Position numbers and translations under genes: made by a program. The notes beneath the pieces were generated by a model, which was given only the letters and a program-made list of their open reading frames with translations, ran no database searches and was not told where the DNA came from. 64,000 nucleotides of DNA from a virus. Position 1 is the first letter of the stretch. Every line of letters starts with the position of its first letter. The DNA lies in IMG/VR virus record IMGVR_UViG_3300040770_000334, positions 46,017 to 110,016 of that record. The stretch is one strand, 5' to 3'. This document shows positions 9,578-20,700 of this stretch, piece after piece.

Positions 9578-12500
9578 ATGTCAGATACTATAAGAATAAA
9601 TACAACACCAAATGGAAGCGATAAATATGTTAAGGTAAAATTAGACCAAGAATTTGATTTTATTGAGATTCTTTCATTAAAATTATCACAAGAAGACACC
9701 TACCGACAATTTTGCTCGGACTATGGGGTAATTGTCGGTAGGGTTTCCGTTAATAATGGTTTTGGTGTACCTAACGCTATGGTTAGTGTGTTCATACCTC
9801 TAGATGATGTTGATAAAAATGATTCAGAAATTAGAGGGTTATACCCATACACGTTACTAAGTGATAAAGATGAAAACGGTGTAAGATATAACTTATTACC
9901 AAAAGAAGGTGGTTCAGACATATGTACTACTAAAATTGGTACTTTCCCAACAAAAAGGGAAGTTTTAGATAATGACCAGCTAGGTTATGTCTATGAAAAA
10001 TATTATAAGTTTACTACTACAACTAACCATGCTGGTGATTTCATGATATTTGGTGTACCACTAGGAACCCATACAGTGCATGTTGATGCAGATATATCTG
10101 ATATTGGTATCTTATCCCAAAGACCTTATGATTTAATCAGTCAAGGTACACCAAAAGAATTTTTTGATAGCTCTACTAAATTCAAGAAAGACAAAAATTT
10201 AGATAGGTTGGTACAAGTTAAAACATTAAATTCAGCTGTGAATGTCCAACCTTTTTGGGGTGATGTTGATAATTGTGAAATTGGTATATCAAGATTAGAT
10301 TTTGACTTAAATTATTCAGTTAGACCAACGGCCATCTTTATGGGTAGTATTTTTGGTGATAACGAAAAAAATAGTATTAGTAAAAGATGTAGGCCCAGAA
10401 AATTAGTTGGTGCGATGTGTGAGCAAACAACATCTACTGGTACAATACAAATGATTAGAAAATCGTTTGATGATACAATCGAACAGTTTGATGTTGATGG
10501 TGGAAACCTAATAGATGATGATGGTACTTGGTCATACCAAATACCTATGAATTTAGATTACGTGGTAACAAACGAATATGGTGATTTAATCCCATCACAA
10601 GACCCAAATGTAGGTGTTCCGACTAGAGCTAGTGTTAGGTTTAATATTGGTATGGATGATACTGGTGGTGATGGTAGATTGCGCACTAGAGCTAGATATC
10701 TAGTACCAAATAACCCAGTAGGTTTAGACCAAATCGATTATGAGTTTGGTCCGAATACAAAGGATACTAGTTTTCGGGAAATGTATTGGAATAAGATATA
10801 TACTGTCTCTAATTTCATATCAAGATTTCAGACTAGTAATACTGCTAATAATAGAGCGTATACTGGTGTGAAAGATGTTGATGGGTGTGTTGGTACAAAA
10901 ACACCGTTCCCATACAATAGAGTAGATACTCAAGGTAATCCTATTTTTTTTATTTTATGTCTAATAATAACGGTGCTTATTTTTATAATTACAATAATAA
11001 ATAGCGCAGTCATACCTGTTATTAACACGCTGATTAGTGCTGTAAGGATATTTACTAAAAAAGTAAAATACATTGACTGTGTAAACTTCAACTGTAATGG
11101 CATTTATTATGCTGAAGGTTGTGGTAAGAGTACTAGGGGTTGGGATGGTATTAGTAATTCACCAAAAGAAAATAGTGGACTTGGTAATTGCATTAAATAT
11201 CAATTAGCTGAATCGTTAAATTTATTTAAATTAGATTTCTATAATGATTGGGTTCATGGTAGTTTATTTAGTTTTTTAGTTAAGTATAAGAAAAAAACTA
11301 AAAGAAAAAATAAGAATGGTGAAGAAAAATTTTGTGAGTACGAGTGTTATGATGGTAATTTCACACCGATAGATGGTGTTGATGCTAATGGTAATAATTT
11401 TCCAGATAATAAATGTCATGTAAATTATCTTAAAGATTCTTGTTATGGCACTGGTAACGATTCACAAAACGGTGAGGTAGGGTTAACCTTAAACGAGGGT
11501 TTAATTAAAAAAGTTGATGGTGAATTATATTATGCCGCAACAACACATAATAACGATGTTAAGATGTTCGCTACTGATATAGTTAATTTAGGTTCAGTAC
11601 TTGATTGCGACTGGCAAGGTATACCTAAAATTAACGAAAACCTTTTACCTACAACATACAAACTAGCACCAGATAGTGAGGAAAAAAATGATGCTGGTAT
11701 TGTAGAAGTTTGTGGTAACGTTTCATTAGTGAATGAAGGGTCATTATTTTTTAAAATAGACTGCGGTGGGTTACATGTTAACCAACAAGGTTGTTTAAAT
11801 GTTAGACATTTGTGTGAGTTTGGTGTTAATATCGATGAAGCTACGTTTGATTCAGATGGGAATCTTTTGACACCAAGTAATTGCGTAATAGGTTCTTCAG
11901 AAGTTGACGATGATAATGGTAAATTTTTTAGAGACGTATTCTATGGTCTAAATAGTTCAGCAACGCCTTGGATTGGGACGACAGAATTAATTGGTATCGG
12001 GACAGGTTATTCAACTAATTTTAATATAAATAACGTAAGTACTTATAGTTTTACAAACGCTGTGGCTAACGGTGCTGATTATTTAAAATTTAGGGGTTAC
12101 AAGGAAAATACACAAAATCAATTCGCACAAACAAAGAATTCATATTTCTTTTATTTTGGTTTAACACCAGGAAAAACTGCTCTAGATAAAATGAATAGTA
12201 AATTTTTCACTAAATGTCCGATAACTACCGATTCAAATATTCTTATATTAACATCAACAGTCAATGATGTGCAAGAAACCAATAACGGTTCTTTAAGTTT
12301 CTCATTTATTGGTGGGGTACCAGAATATACTTATAGCGTTACTAGTGATGCGTATAGTGTTACTGGTATTACTGTAAATAATGGGACTGTTAGTTTACCT
12401 AATATTGCTAAAGGTGATTACCTTATTACTGGTGTTGATGCATTAGGTGTTAGTGTGTCTAAATTAGTTACTATAACTGGGAAATCGACACCAATTGGTT

Positions 12501-13255
12501 TTGCTACTGCAACCAAGAATACCTCAACTACTACTAGTTCTGATGGCCAAATTACTATTTCAAGTGTTTCTGGTGGCGTACCACCATATACGTATACGGT
12601 ACTTAAATATGGTGCCCCATTGAGTAGTGGTCAAGTATTAGTTGGTCCATTGACCTTTACTGCGCCAACAATCATTAGTGGTTTACCATACGATATAACC
12701 AATGGACATACATTAAAAATAACAGATAGTGCTAATTCAGAATTTTTCATTTCTAGTTTGAAAATAGACAGTAACCCTATTTTCACTTTAAGTGTTTTAG
12801 ATAAGGAAAATCCTTGTTTTAATGACAGTGAGAGTGGGTATATTTCTTATGGTATTTCTGGTGGTCAACCACCTTATAGCATATCAACAACTGGACCTAA
12901 TGGTTTCCTATCTACTAGCACCGTATTAAGTTTCTTAGGTATTGGTAGTTATACAACGACAGTGACAGATGGTTTAGGTGCGATAACTAATAATGTTGTT
13001 AGTTTAGTCCCATCACCAGAAATAACACTTACATTAAATTCAAGTTTAAATGGTGTTGTTAGTGTTATGGTTGGGTATAGTTTTAATGCGCCAACAAATG
13101 TTGAGATATTTTATTATGATGCTAATGGTACTGAAGTGATTCTATCAAGCGCACCATACGTTAATTCATCAACTGAAATAATCTTTAATTCAATAGCTGG
13201 TCGTGAAATTACTGTTAGATTGGATAACTGTTATAGTAACACAATCACTACTTAA
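9578..13255 (+). CDS. Large tail/baseplate-associated protein with internal hydrophobic segment and C-terminal SprB-like repeats
   Basis: 1225 aa in structural cluster; GGVPEYTY, GGVPPYTY and GGQPPYS repeats. Confidence 0.65.
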   Translation: MSDTIRINTTPNGSDKYVKVKLDQEFDFIEILSLKLSQEDTYRQFCSDYGVIVGRVSVNNGFGVPNAMVSVFIPLDDVDKNDSEIRGLYPYTLLSDKDENGVRYNLLPKEGGSDICTTKIGTFPTKREVLDNDQLGYVYEKYYKFTTTTNHAGDFMIFGVPLGTHTVHVDADISDIGILSQRPYDLISQGTPKEFFDSSTKFKKDKNLDRLVQVKTLNSAVNVQPFWGDVDNCEIGISRLDFDLNYSVRPTAIFMGSIFGDNEKNSISKRCRPRKLVGAMCEQTTSTGTIQMIRKSFDDTIEQFDVDGGNLIDDDGTWSYQIPMNLDYVVTNEYGDLIPSQDPNVGVPTRASVRFNIGMDDTGGDGRLRTRARYLVPNNPVGLDQIDYEFGPNTKDTSFREMYWNKIYTVSNFISRFQTSNTANNRAYTGVKDVDGCVGTKTPFPYNRVDTQGNPIFFILCLIITVLIFIITIINSAVIPVINTLISAVRIFTKKVKYIDCVNFNCNGIYYAEGCGKSTRGWDGISNSPKENSGLGNCIKYQLAESLNLFKLDFYNDWVHGSLFSFLVKYKKKTKRKNKNGEEKFCEYECYDGNFTPIDGVDANGNNFPDNKCHVNYLKDSCYGTGNDSQNGEVGLTLNEGLIKKVDGELYYAATTHNNDVKMFATDIVNLGSVLDCDWQGIPKINENLLPTTYKLAPDSEEKNDAGIVEVCGNVSLVNEGSLFFKIDCGGLHVNQQGCLNVRHLCEFGVNIDEATFDSDGNLLTPSNCVIGSSEVDDDNGKFFRDVFYGLNSSATPWIGTTELIGIGTGYSTNFNINNVSTYSFTNAVANGADYLKFRGYKENTQNQFAQTKNSYFFYFGLTPGKTALDKMNSKFFTKCPITTDSNILILTSTVNDVQETNNGSLSFSFIGGVPEYTYSVTSDAYSVTGITVNNGTVSLPNIAKGDYLITGVDALGVSVSKLVTITGKSTPIGFATATKNTSTTTSSDGQITISSVSGGVPPYTYTVLKYGAPLSSGQVLVGPLTFTAPTIISGLPYDITNGHTLKITDSANSEFFISSLKIDSNPIFTLSVLDKENPCFNDSESGYISYGISGGQPPYSISTTGPNGFLSTSTVLSFLGIGSYTTTVTDGLGAITNNVVSLVPSPEITLTLNSSLNGVVSVMVGYSFNAPTNVEIFYYDANGTEVILSSAPYVNSSTEIIFNSIAGREITVRLDNCYSNTITT

Positions 13256-13265
13256 ATAATTTAAA

Positions 13266-15035
13266 ATGAATATAAATAGAATAAAGCAAAAACTGGGTTT
13301 TGAGTTATCAAAGAAATCGGTTAACACCGATTCTTTTTTAAAAATTAAAATTGAGAGTAAGGGAAAACAATTACCGTCTAGTGATATAAATAAAGTAGTT
13401 AATCTAGGTGATAGGTTTGATACTGAAAGAAACCGTAGCAAATTTTATCGTATTATTGGTACGATAAACCCAACAATATCTAATAGTTTATTTAACCTAA
13501 ATAATGGTTCATTAGGTGATGCGCAAACACTAAGTTATTTTAATAGTTTTGATTTTCTAGATACGTCATACCCAAAAGATAACGATGTTGCTGATTCAAC
13601 TGATAATACTTTTGTAAACTCACTAAAGAATTTAAAAGAGTATAATGGTTGGTTTGGTTATTTCAACCCAGATAAAACACAAAAAGGTTTATGTGGGTTT
13701 ATTGATATGGAGCCAACTAGAGCTAGATTTTCGTTTGTTCCAGATATTAAACCATATATGAATGCTGTGTTGCCAGTTAAGAATTGGGAATTAACTATAA
13801 CATACCCTAAATCTGTTGATAGGGAGCATACCATGGTTAAAGGTGGTTTATTAATTATTGACATAAAATCAGTTTCTGTCTCGACTAGAACTATGGTTGC
13901 ATTAGGTATGGCTTGTAAACATAATTTAAATATTGGTGATACGGTAAGGTTATCTGGTACGAATGGTTATAATGGTGACCATACAATTATTAGAACTGGA
14001 TTAGATAATGGTGATTTAAAAGATAATTACTTCGTGATTGATTTACAACCTACGGGTTCAATCGGTAGTAATTCTAGAATGAAAAGGATGTTTGGTAAAC
14101 AAGAGTCTGAATATTATTTTAGAAAATTTAAAAAGATAAAAACAAGAAGTAATAATGTAATCGAGCAAGACGATTACGAGACGTATAAGCTTGCGTTTAG
14201 TGAAAACGTATATAGTGACCCTATAACTCAGTTTGCATTCAATGAGGATATTAATATCGATAAATTAACTGATAACTTAGGTAGACCATTGACAGAAATA
14301 TACCTATCAATTATAAAAACAGATAGTGATTCATTATTCACTAGTGTTTCATCTGGAATCGAATCACCTTACATTAATAAATTAACAACTGGTAGTTTAA
14401 ATAATTATATAAAAAGTGTTCCAGTGATAAACCGAATACATAATGGTGGTACATTACCTTTTGAATCGCATATACCTTTGGAAACCGATATAATAATAAA
14501 TGATAATAATTTTTATGGTGATTTGGTTGAGTTTAACAAATATGAGGTAAAAGAAACGATATTGGGTGAGGTAATGCATAGATTTAACACAAAAAATAGA
14601 GAAACGCCAAGTAATATTGATTACGTTGATTCATTAGGGGTTACACCAATACTAACAAATGTTGATTTAGGTCCAAGACATGAAGGGTATTTTTATAAAC
14701 CACACAACCTAATTAGGTTAAAAGAAGTATCTAAATATGTTGAACAAGGGGAAATAAATATTGATGAAATACCAGATTATGCAATTAATTTAGGTGATGG
14801 TAGATACTTATGGAGAGACATTATTGATGTAGGAGTATCTAGTGGTGTTGGTAAGGCTTTAGATTACCCATTTTTAAATGGTTGTCACTATATTTACCAA
14901 AATAATATTTTTAATGTAAAGCGACAGGACCCATTTAATGATTGGGGGTTGTTTTATACTAAATTTCCATCAGATAATGTGGGTGGGAAAATAACAGAAA
15001 AATTCATAATTAAATCAGAAGACGATGTTTGTTAA
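13266..15035 (+). CDS. Putative virion structural protein
   Basis: 589-aa ORF, tightly packed in baseplate cluster. Confidence 0.6.
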   Translation: MNINRIKQKLGFELSKKSVNTDSFLKIKIESKGKQLPSSDINKVVNLGDRFDTERNRSKFYRIIGTINPTISNSLFNLNNGSLGDAQTLSYFNSFDFLDTSYPKDNDVADSTDNTFVNSLKNLKEYNGWFGYFNPDKTQKGLCGFIDMEPTRARFSFVPDIKPYMNAVLPVKNWELTITYPKSVDREHTMVKGGLLIIDIKSVSVSTRTMVALGMACKHNLNIGDTVRLSGTNGYNGDHTIIRTGLDNGDLKDNYFVIDLQPTGSIGSNSRMKRMFGKQESEYYFRKFKKIKTRSNNVIEQDDYETYKLAFSENVYSDPITQFAFNEDINIDKLTDNLGRPLTEIYLSIIKTDSDSLFTSVSSGIESPYINKLTTGSLNNYIKSVPVINRIHNGGTLPFESHIPLETDIIINDNNFYGDLVEFNKYEVKETILGEVMHRFNTKNRETPSNIDYVDSLGVTPILTNVDLGPRHEGYFYKPHNLIRLKEVSKYVEQGEINIDEIPDYAINLGDGRYLWRDIIDVGVSSGVGKALDYPFLNGCHYIYQNNIFNVKRQDPFNDWGLFYTKFPSDNVGGKITEKFIIKSEDDVC

Positions 15036-15819
15036 CAAAATGATAATTAATTTATCGACACTACCAATTGGAGCTACAGCTACGACTATTAATTTTTCGT
15101 TAACTACTGATTCTGAATTGGCTGGTCAAAGTGAATTAATAGAAACTGAGTTTGTTGATAAAGAAGTTGAAAAAGCAATAAATCCAATCCTTGATTATGA
15201 AAAAACAAGATTTTTACCAGTAGGTGTAAGTAATTTACCTATTGATAAAATAACCTACGTATTAGATTTAAATGGCGTTACAAATTATTCTGGTATTGGA
15301 TTCACAAATGAAGATATAAAGTTTGAAAAAAGTAATTTTAAGAATACTTTTTTAAATCTATCATTCTATGACACTGACAACTCTTTAGACCAAAGACTAG
15401 TTATGAATACTACACTTTTTTCAGCTTTAAAGACTGAAGATTTAACTAGTTCTGGCAAGGTTAAGGTGGCAAGTGAAATATTATTAACTTTTAGTGTTGA
15501 AAACCCAATTTTAAATCCAAGAGGTTTTGCTGAGGGATATCATTTGTATGACTACAAGGATGGTCTAAAACTAGGTGAAACTAAGTATCTGTACATGAGG
15601 GGTAGTTTTAAAAATGCTAAAACTGGTAAAAACATTAACCTTATGGTTAAACAAACATCAGATACAATTGATAATCTAGTAAACAATCTTTATACTAGAT
15701 ATGTGCTAACTAGGACTAGTAATGGTTATTATTACAATATCGACCCAACATACTCAACTAATATAAGTTACGTTGGGAGTGATTGCGTTGTTAAAATATA
15801 TCAAATAAAAGTATTATAA
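15025..15819 (+). CDS. Putative virion structural protein
   Basis: 264-aa ORF overlapping both neighbours. Confidence 0.6.
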   Translation: MFVNKMIINLSTLPIGATATTINFSLTTDSELAGQSELIETEFVDKEVEKAINPILDYEKTRFLPVGVSNLPIDKITYVLDLNGVTNYSGIGFTNEDIKFEKSNFKNTFLNLSFYDTDNSLDQRLVMNTTLFSALKTEDLTSSGKVKVASEILLTFSVENPILNPRGFAEGYHLYDYKDGLKLGETKYLYMRGSFKNAKTGKNINLMVKQTSDTIDNLVNNLYTRYVLTRTSNGYYYNIDPTYSTNISYVGSDCVVKIYQIKVL

Positions 15820-16691
15820 TGGAAGTAATAAAACGAAAAATTTACCTAGAAGATGGTATTGACAGAAAAGATAATAGCTCAACTTGGGGTAAGTTAACTG
15901 CGACTAATTTTTATATTAAAGTTCTGTTAGTACAAAATTATGATGATATGGGTATTTTTACTGATATGGGTTATATTTCTAAAGAAAAGGGTTATACTAG
16001 TCCTAATTATGGGGTTTTAATTAATAAATTAACACTTAGCGGTCTCAGTTTTCCTTTCATGGAAGGTATACGACCTAAAGATTTAGCGAACTTAACTGAA
16101 ACTGATAAACTTTCATTAAGATTACCATCTAAATTAGAATCCGAATACCATAACTTCAAAAATGTAAATATAAGTGGTTCAACTGATAGTAAAATTGAGG
16201 ATGTTAGGTCTTATAATATATTAGACCCATTTAGAGTTGGTTTTAATACTAATGAAGAAACATACATCAATTACAAGAGTGTTGTGGTTGATGGTGTTGA
16301 TAGAGTAAAAATGATTGGTAATCCTAGTATTTATGTTTTTAATGCTAAGAATGATGCTTATTTGGGTACCGTTAATCAAATGAGTGGTCTAAAATATCTA
16401 GACTATATTGATAAAAATAGGGATGTCTTAATAGATGGTGAGACAACCACTATACCGCTAACAACATTCCATTATGTTGGTGAGGGTTTTAATGAAACGA
16501 ACACATCTTTATCTGCTATAAGTAAAGAAGAATATTTATTTGGTATTATTTCTCCACCAGAAGTAGAAAGTGATGTATTTATAGATAGAGGGGTAATTAG
16601 TGTAATGGATATGCATTTAAGATTATCTGAGATAAAAGATATTAAACAGTTAGAAAGATACGGTAATGGTTTTTATAAACTAAACAAGTAA
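15819..16691 (+). CDS. Putative virion structural protein
   Basis: 290-aa ORF, TAATG coupling. Confidence 0.6.
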   Translation: MEVIKRKIYLEDGIDRKDNSSTWGKLTATNFYIKVLLVQNYDDMGIFTDMGYISKEKGYTSPNYGVLINKLTLSGLSFPFMEGIRPKDLANLTETDKLSLRLPSKLESEYHNFKNVNISGSTDSKIEDVRSYNILDPFRVGFNTNEETYINYKSVVVDGVDRVKMIGNPSIYVFNAKNDAYLGTVNQMSGLKYLDYIDKNRDVLIDGETTTIPLTTFHYVGEGFNETNTSLSAISKEEYLFGIISPPEVESDVFIDRGVISVMDMHLRLSEIKDIKQLERYGNGFYKLNK

Positions 16692-16719
16692 TGTATACTT
16701 TAATTAAAAATAAATTATA

Positions 16720-16851
16720 ATGGTAGAGGGATATGATAATATTAATTTGGTGTGTAAATTTTTAAACTTATCATTCAATGAGGTAATGGCGATGCCAATA
16801 CATGAGTTTAATCAAATAATAAAAGAAATAAAAAGAAAAAAAGATGAGTAA
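16720..16851 (+). CDS. Small protein (43 aa, not in ORF track)
   Basis: MVEGYDNINLVCKFLNLSFNEVMAMPIHEFNQIIKEIKRKKDE; overlaps next start by 8 nt. Confidence 0.5.
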   Translation: MVEGYDNINLVCKFLNLSFNEVMAMPIHEFNQIIKEIKRKKDE

Positions 16852-17767
16852 TGGAACATATGGTATAGTAAGGCCAGCAGATATAACGCCAGAGGATGTA
16901 GAGATATTTTATCACTTTACTCCATCTAGAGATAAAATTGGTAATGCCTCGTTGATAAAATTAAATTCTGAAGAAGTTTTAATTAAAATGGAAAACCCAA
17001 ATAAAAATAGCTCAAACGCTGCAAATTTTGAGTTGTTTGGTGGTATGTACACGTTAAAATTACCAGTTGCAACTTTCGGTATCAAAGGTTTCTATACTAT
17101 TATGATTAAACCAATTGAAATCAGAACTAAAATCGTTGATTGCGGTACTTTATCTACTTTTCAAAACATAAAAGGGCTTGTTTTCGATTTAGCGACAATA
17201 CCAAGCAATTTCGCTAGTAAATTTGAGAACAATGGATTAGTTGGTTATAGAATTGAGTATTTGACAACTAACACTGCATCGACAGATATTAAAGTTAAAA
17301 ATTTCTTTAAAATAATTACATCTAATAACAGAGCCGAACCAGTTAATCAAAATTTAACAAATGTAAACCAAAAAGCGATACGTTATAGGTTTAATGATAA
17401 CTCAACGCTTAGTTTTTGTACAGTATCACCTAGTTCGTCATCTAACGTTAAACCTAATTCAGTTCCATTTATTGGTCAACCAAATCAAGACGTTATTATA
17501 ACAAATACCTTTTTTAATCCAATAATGATTGAGGTTGAGATGGTCCAACATGATGTTGAGTCATTAGCAGTTGCCTTATTGGGTAATCAAACCAAATCAA
17601 TTGATGATGGTATCTACACATACTATAATTTCAAAAATGAAATATATAAACAATACAACTTATACGAGATTAAAGATAGATTTACTGGTAAACCATTATT
17701 TGAAGTTAGAGAGGAAAGAACTAGTATCGATTTCGATAAAATATTTACTAACATAACTACAATATAA
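16844..17767 (+). CDS. Putative virion structural protein
   Basis: 307-aa ORF in structural cluster. Confidence 0.6.
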   Translation: MSNGTYGIVRPADITPEDVEIFYHFTPSRDKIGNASLIKLNSEEVLIKMENPNKNSSNAANFELFGGMYTLKLPVATFGIKGFYTIMIKPIEIRTKIVDCGTLSTFQNIKGLVFDLATIPSNFASKFENNGLVGYRIEYLTTNTASTDIKVKNFFKIITSNNRAEPVNQNLTNVNQKAIRYRFNDNSTLSFCTVSPSSSSNVKPNSVPFIGQPNQDVIITNTFFNPIMIEVEMVQHDVESLAVALLGNQTKSIDDGIYTYYNFKNEIYKQYNLYEIKDRFTGKPLFEVREERTSIDFDKIFTNITTI

Positions 17768-17773
17768 TAAAAT

Positions 17774-20700
17774 ATGAGCAATAATAAGGTAAAAGTAGTT
17801 GGATACGCTAAAAAAGAATTCTTTAATGGTGGTATAGAGTATCGAAATTTTACACCAGATTTAGTTGGTCAACAATCAACGAGTGGTGCAAACACCCCAT
17901 TATTTACAATGGGGAATTTTGCTATTACAACAAATATGGACCCTAAAACGAGTAAAGACTTTATATCTAATGGTTTCTCAGACTTTATGTCGCTAAACGA
18001 TTTAAACCTTACCTTAGAAAAAACACAAGAGTTATTGGCTAATAATGCAAAAATAACTCTTAATCTAGATAAAACTAACTTAAAAAATTATGCCTTATTT
18101 GGTTCTTTAAGTGAATTTGTTAGAGTTTCGTTAGAAAACATAATAACTAGATGGCCAGCTTCATTATACCTTGTACCAATTGGCGTATTACCAGATGGTA
18201 ATATGGTTAATGGATTTACATTTGAAAACTATACTTATGATGAGTTAACTGAAATCGCTAAGTTTAAGGTTAATACTACTTTCATAAATAATAAATTTGA
18301 TATTAATTATTTAACGAATGGAAGTATTGTTGACACTTATAACTCAAGTAATGATTTACGTAATATAACCGTTAACTATGAGTCATACGTTATATCACAT
18401 AACGGTGAGGATTTCCCAGTTATTGATTTTATTGGTTCATCAAATCTACTTAATGATTACGTACACTTTACGGTTAAAGGTAATGTATTTTCAGACCAAC
18501 CAACCAATTCTAAAGTAAATTACCATATAATGCCAAATAAGGTGCACCAAAACACTTTCTTCAATCAGTTAAAAGATTTTGAGGGGTATTTATTATCTAG
18601 AAGGGTATCGCCAAAATATACCGCAGAATTTAAATTCCCAGTAAAAAGTGACTCTGGTGTTATACTATATGTTTCAAAATCAGTTACATGGCCAGTTTCT
18701 GATGGTTATAATATTGATTTCTCAACATCTGAGTATGTTGACTATGTTTCTGATTTGATTGAGATTGCATCAGATAATGATTTATATTCATCTGATTTAA
18801 TGAACCGATTTTTAGTTACCGAATCAATATCAGATTTTGATACTACACCAGTTCATTTAGATGAACGTCATAGAGATACGTCTGGTCAAAAAATGAATAA
18901 AACACTCCATATTTATGGTCGACAATTTGATGAAATTAATAACTTTATCACTGGTATTGCGTTTGCAAATACCGTTACCTACGATAAACAAAATAATACC
19001 CCAGATGCTTATTTAAAAAATTTGGCTAGTGTTATGGGTTGGGATTTAATATCTTCAGTTATTGAGAACGACCTATTATCTAATTACGTTAAAACAGCTG
19101 AATCAGATTACTCTGGTGAAAGTACTGGGTTAACACCAGTTCAAGCAGATATTGAATTATGGAGAAGGATAATTCTTAACACACCTTGGATATGGAAATC
19201 TAAAGGTGCTCGTAAATCAATAGAATTTTTATTGAGATTTATTGGTGCTCCACAGGGTTTAATTCAATTTAATGAATATATCTATAAGGCTGATGGTCCT
19301 ATAGATATTGATTTTTTTAAAGAAGTGTTATTATTAAATGGTTTAGATGAAACTATATCTGATTACCCTATCGATGCTGATGGTTTTCCAAGGCCATTAG
19401 CTGATACTGAAGATATGTATTTTCAGAATAAAGGACTTTGGTATAGAGAAACTGGTGGTGCTAATTCAACTATTGATATACTTACTGGTAATAACCCACA
19501 CGTTGGGTCATATGATGGTGGGTTCAAATATATTAATCAGTTTAAAGAATTGATACCTAATTTTGTACCAGTAACTGTTAGTTCTGATACAAAAACTACT
19601 AAGACTTTGGGGTTATTTATTAATAACGATTTAGGGACCTATAACGAAACATTAACTGGTACTCAAATAAGTACTGTTTATATAAATGGTGTCGGTGGTA
19701 ATGGTGAAAATTTAGCTGAATGTTACACCTTAACACCAATAGTTATCGCTGACCCGAATCCATATAAATTAACAAATAATTGTGGTTGCCCAGTTGATAG
19801 TACTGATAATATAATTAGTCTTTGTATTGATAAAAAAATACAAGTAATCGACAATAGTGTTTGTAGTTCTAAATTAATTTCTAGTTCAGCAAATACTCAA
19901 AATGGTCGTTATGTATTTAGTTACTACCAATATAATTCAGATGGTTCTGTTTTTATGGTTAATGGTCAACCAAAGCCATACATCTCTGATTATTCAACAA
20001 CACAATGTTGTGAATATATAGGTGGAACGCCAAGATTAAATGAGATATCAGAAAACGGTGTTGTTATTGAATCTGGGTATTATTGTGATTTAGTAACAAC
20101 AGTAGTTGTAGTAACAGCTATGAATGATATTGGTAATGAAAATATTACAACAAGTGGTGGTACCTCAGTGTCAAATGTTCTTGTTAACGATAGGATAGCT
20201 GGTGCTCAAGCAACTACTAGTAACATCATTTTAACACAAATAAGCAGCACAAATGCTAATATAACACTTAACACATCTACTGGTGCGGTTAACGTTGCCT
20301 CTGGTATTGCTGCTGGTAATTACAGTTTAGTGTATCAAATATGTGAAATCGCTAACCCTACAAATTGTAGTACTGCAACCGTTAGTGTTCCAGTTAAACA
20401 ATTAGTTAAAACTATCGTTGCAACTAATGACACTGGAACACCTATGTCAGCTAATACTGCTGGTATATCAGTTGCTAGTGTATTAGCTAATGATACTCTT
20501 GATGGCGTTCAAGCTAATGTATATACTGTAATTTTAACACAAATAAGTAGTACAAGCCCTAAAGTAACACTTAACACAAATAACGGGTCGGTTAATGTGG
20601 CATCTGGTCTTGCGGCTGGTAATTACACATTGGTTTATAAGATATGTGAAATCGGTAACCCAACAAATTGTGCAACAGCATCAGTTACGGTACCAATTAC

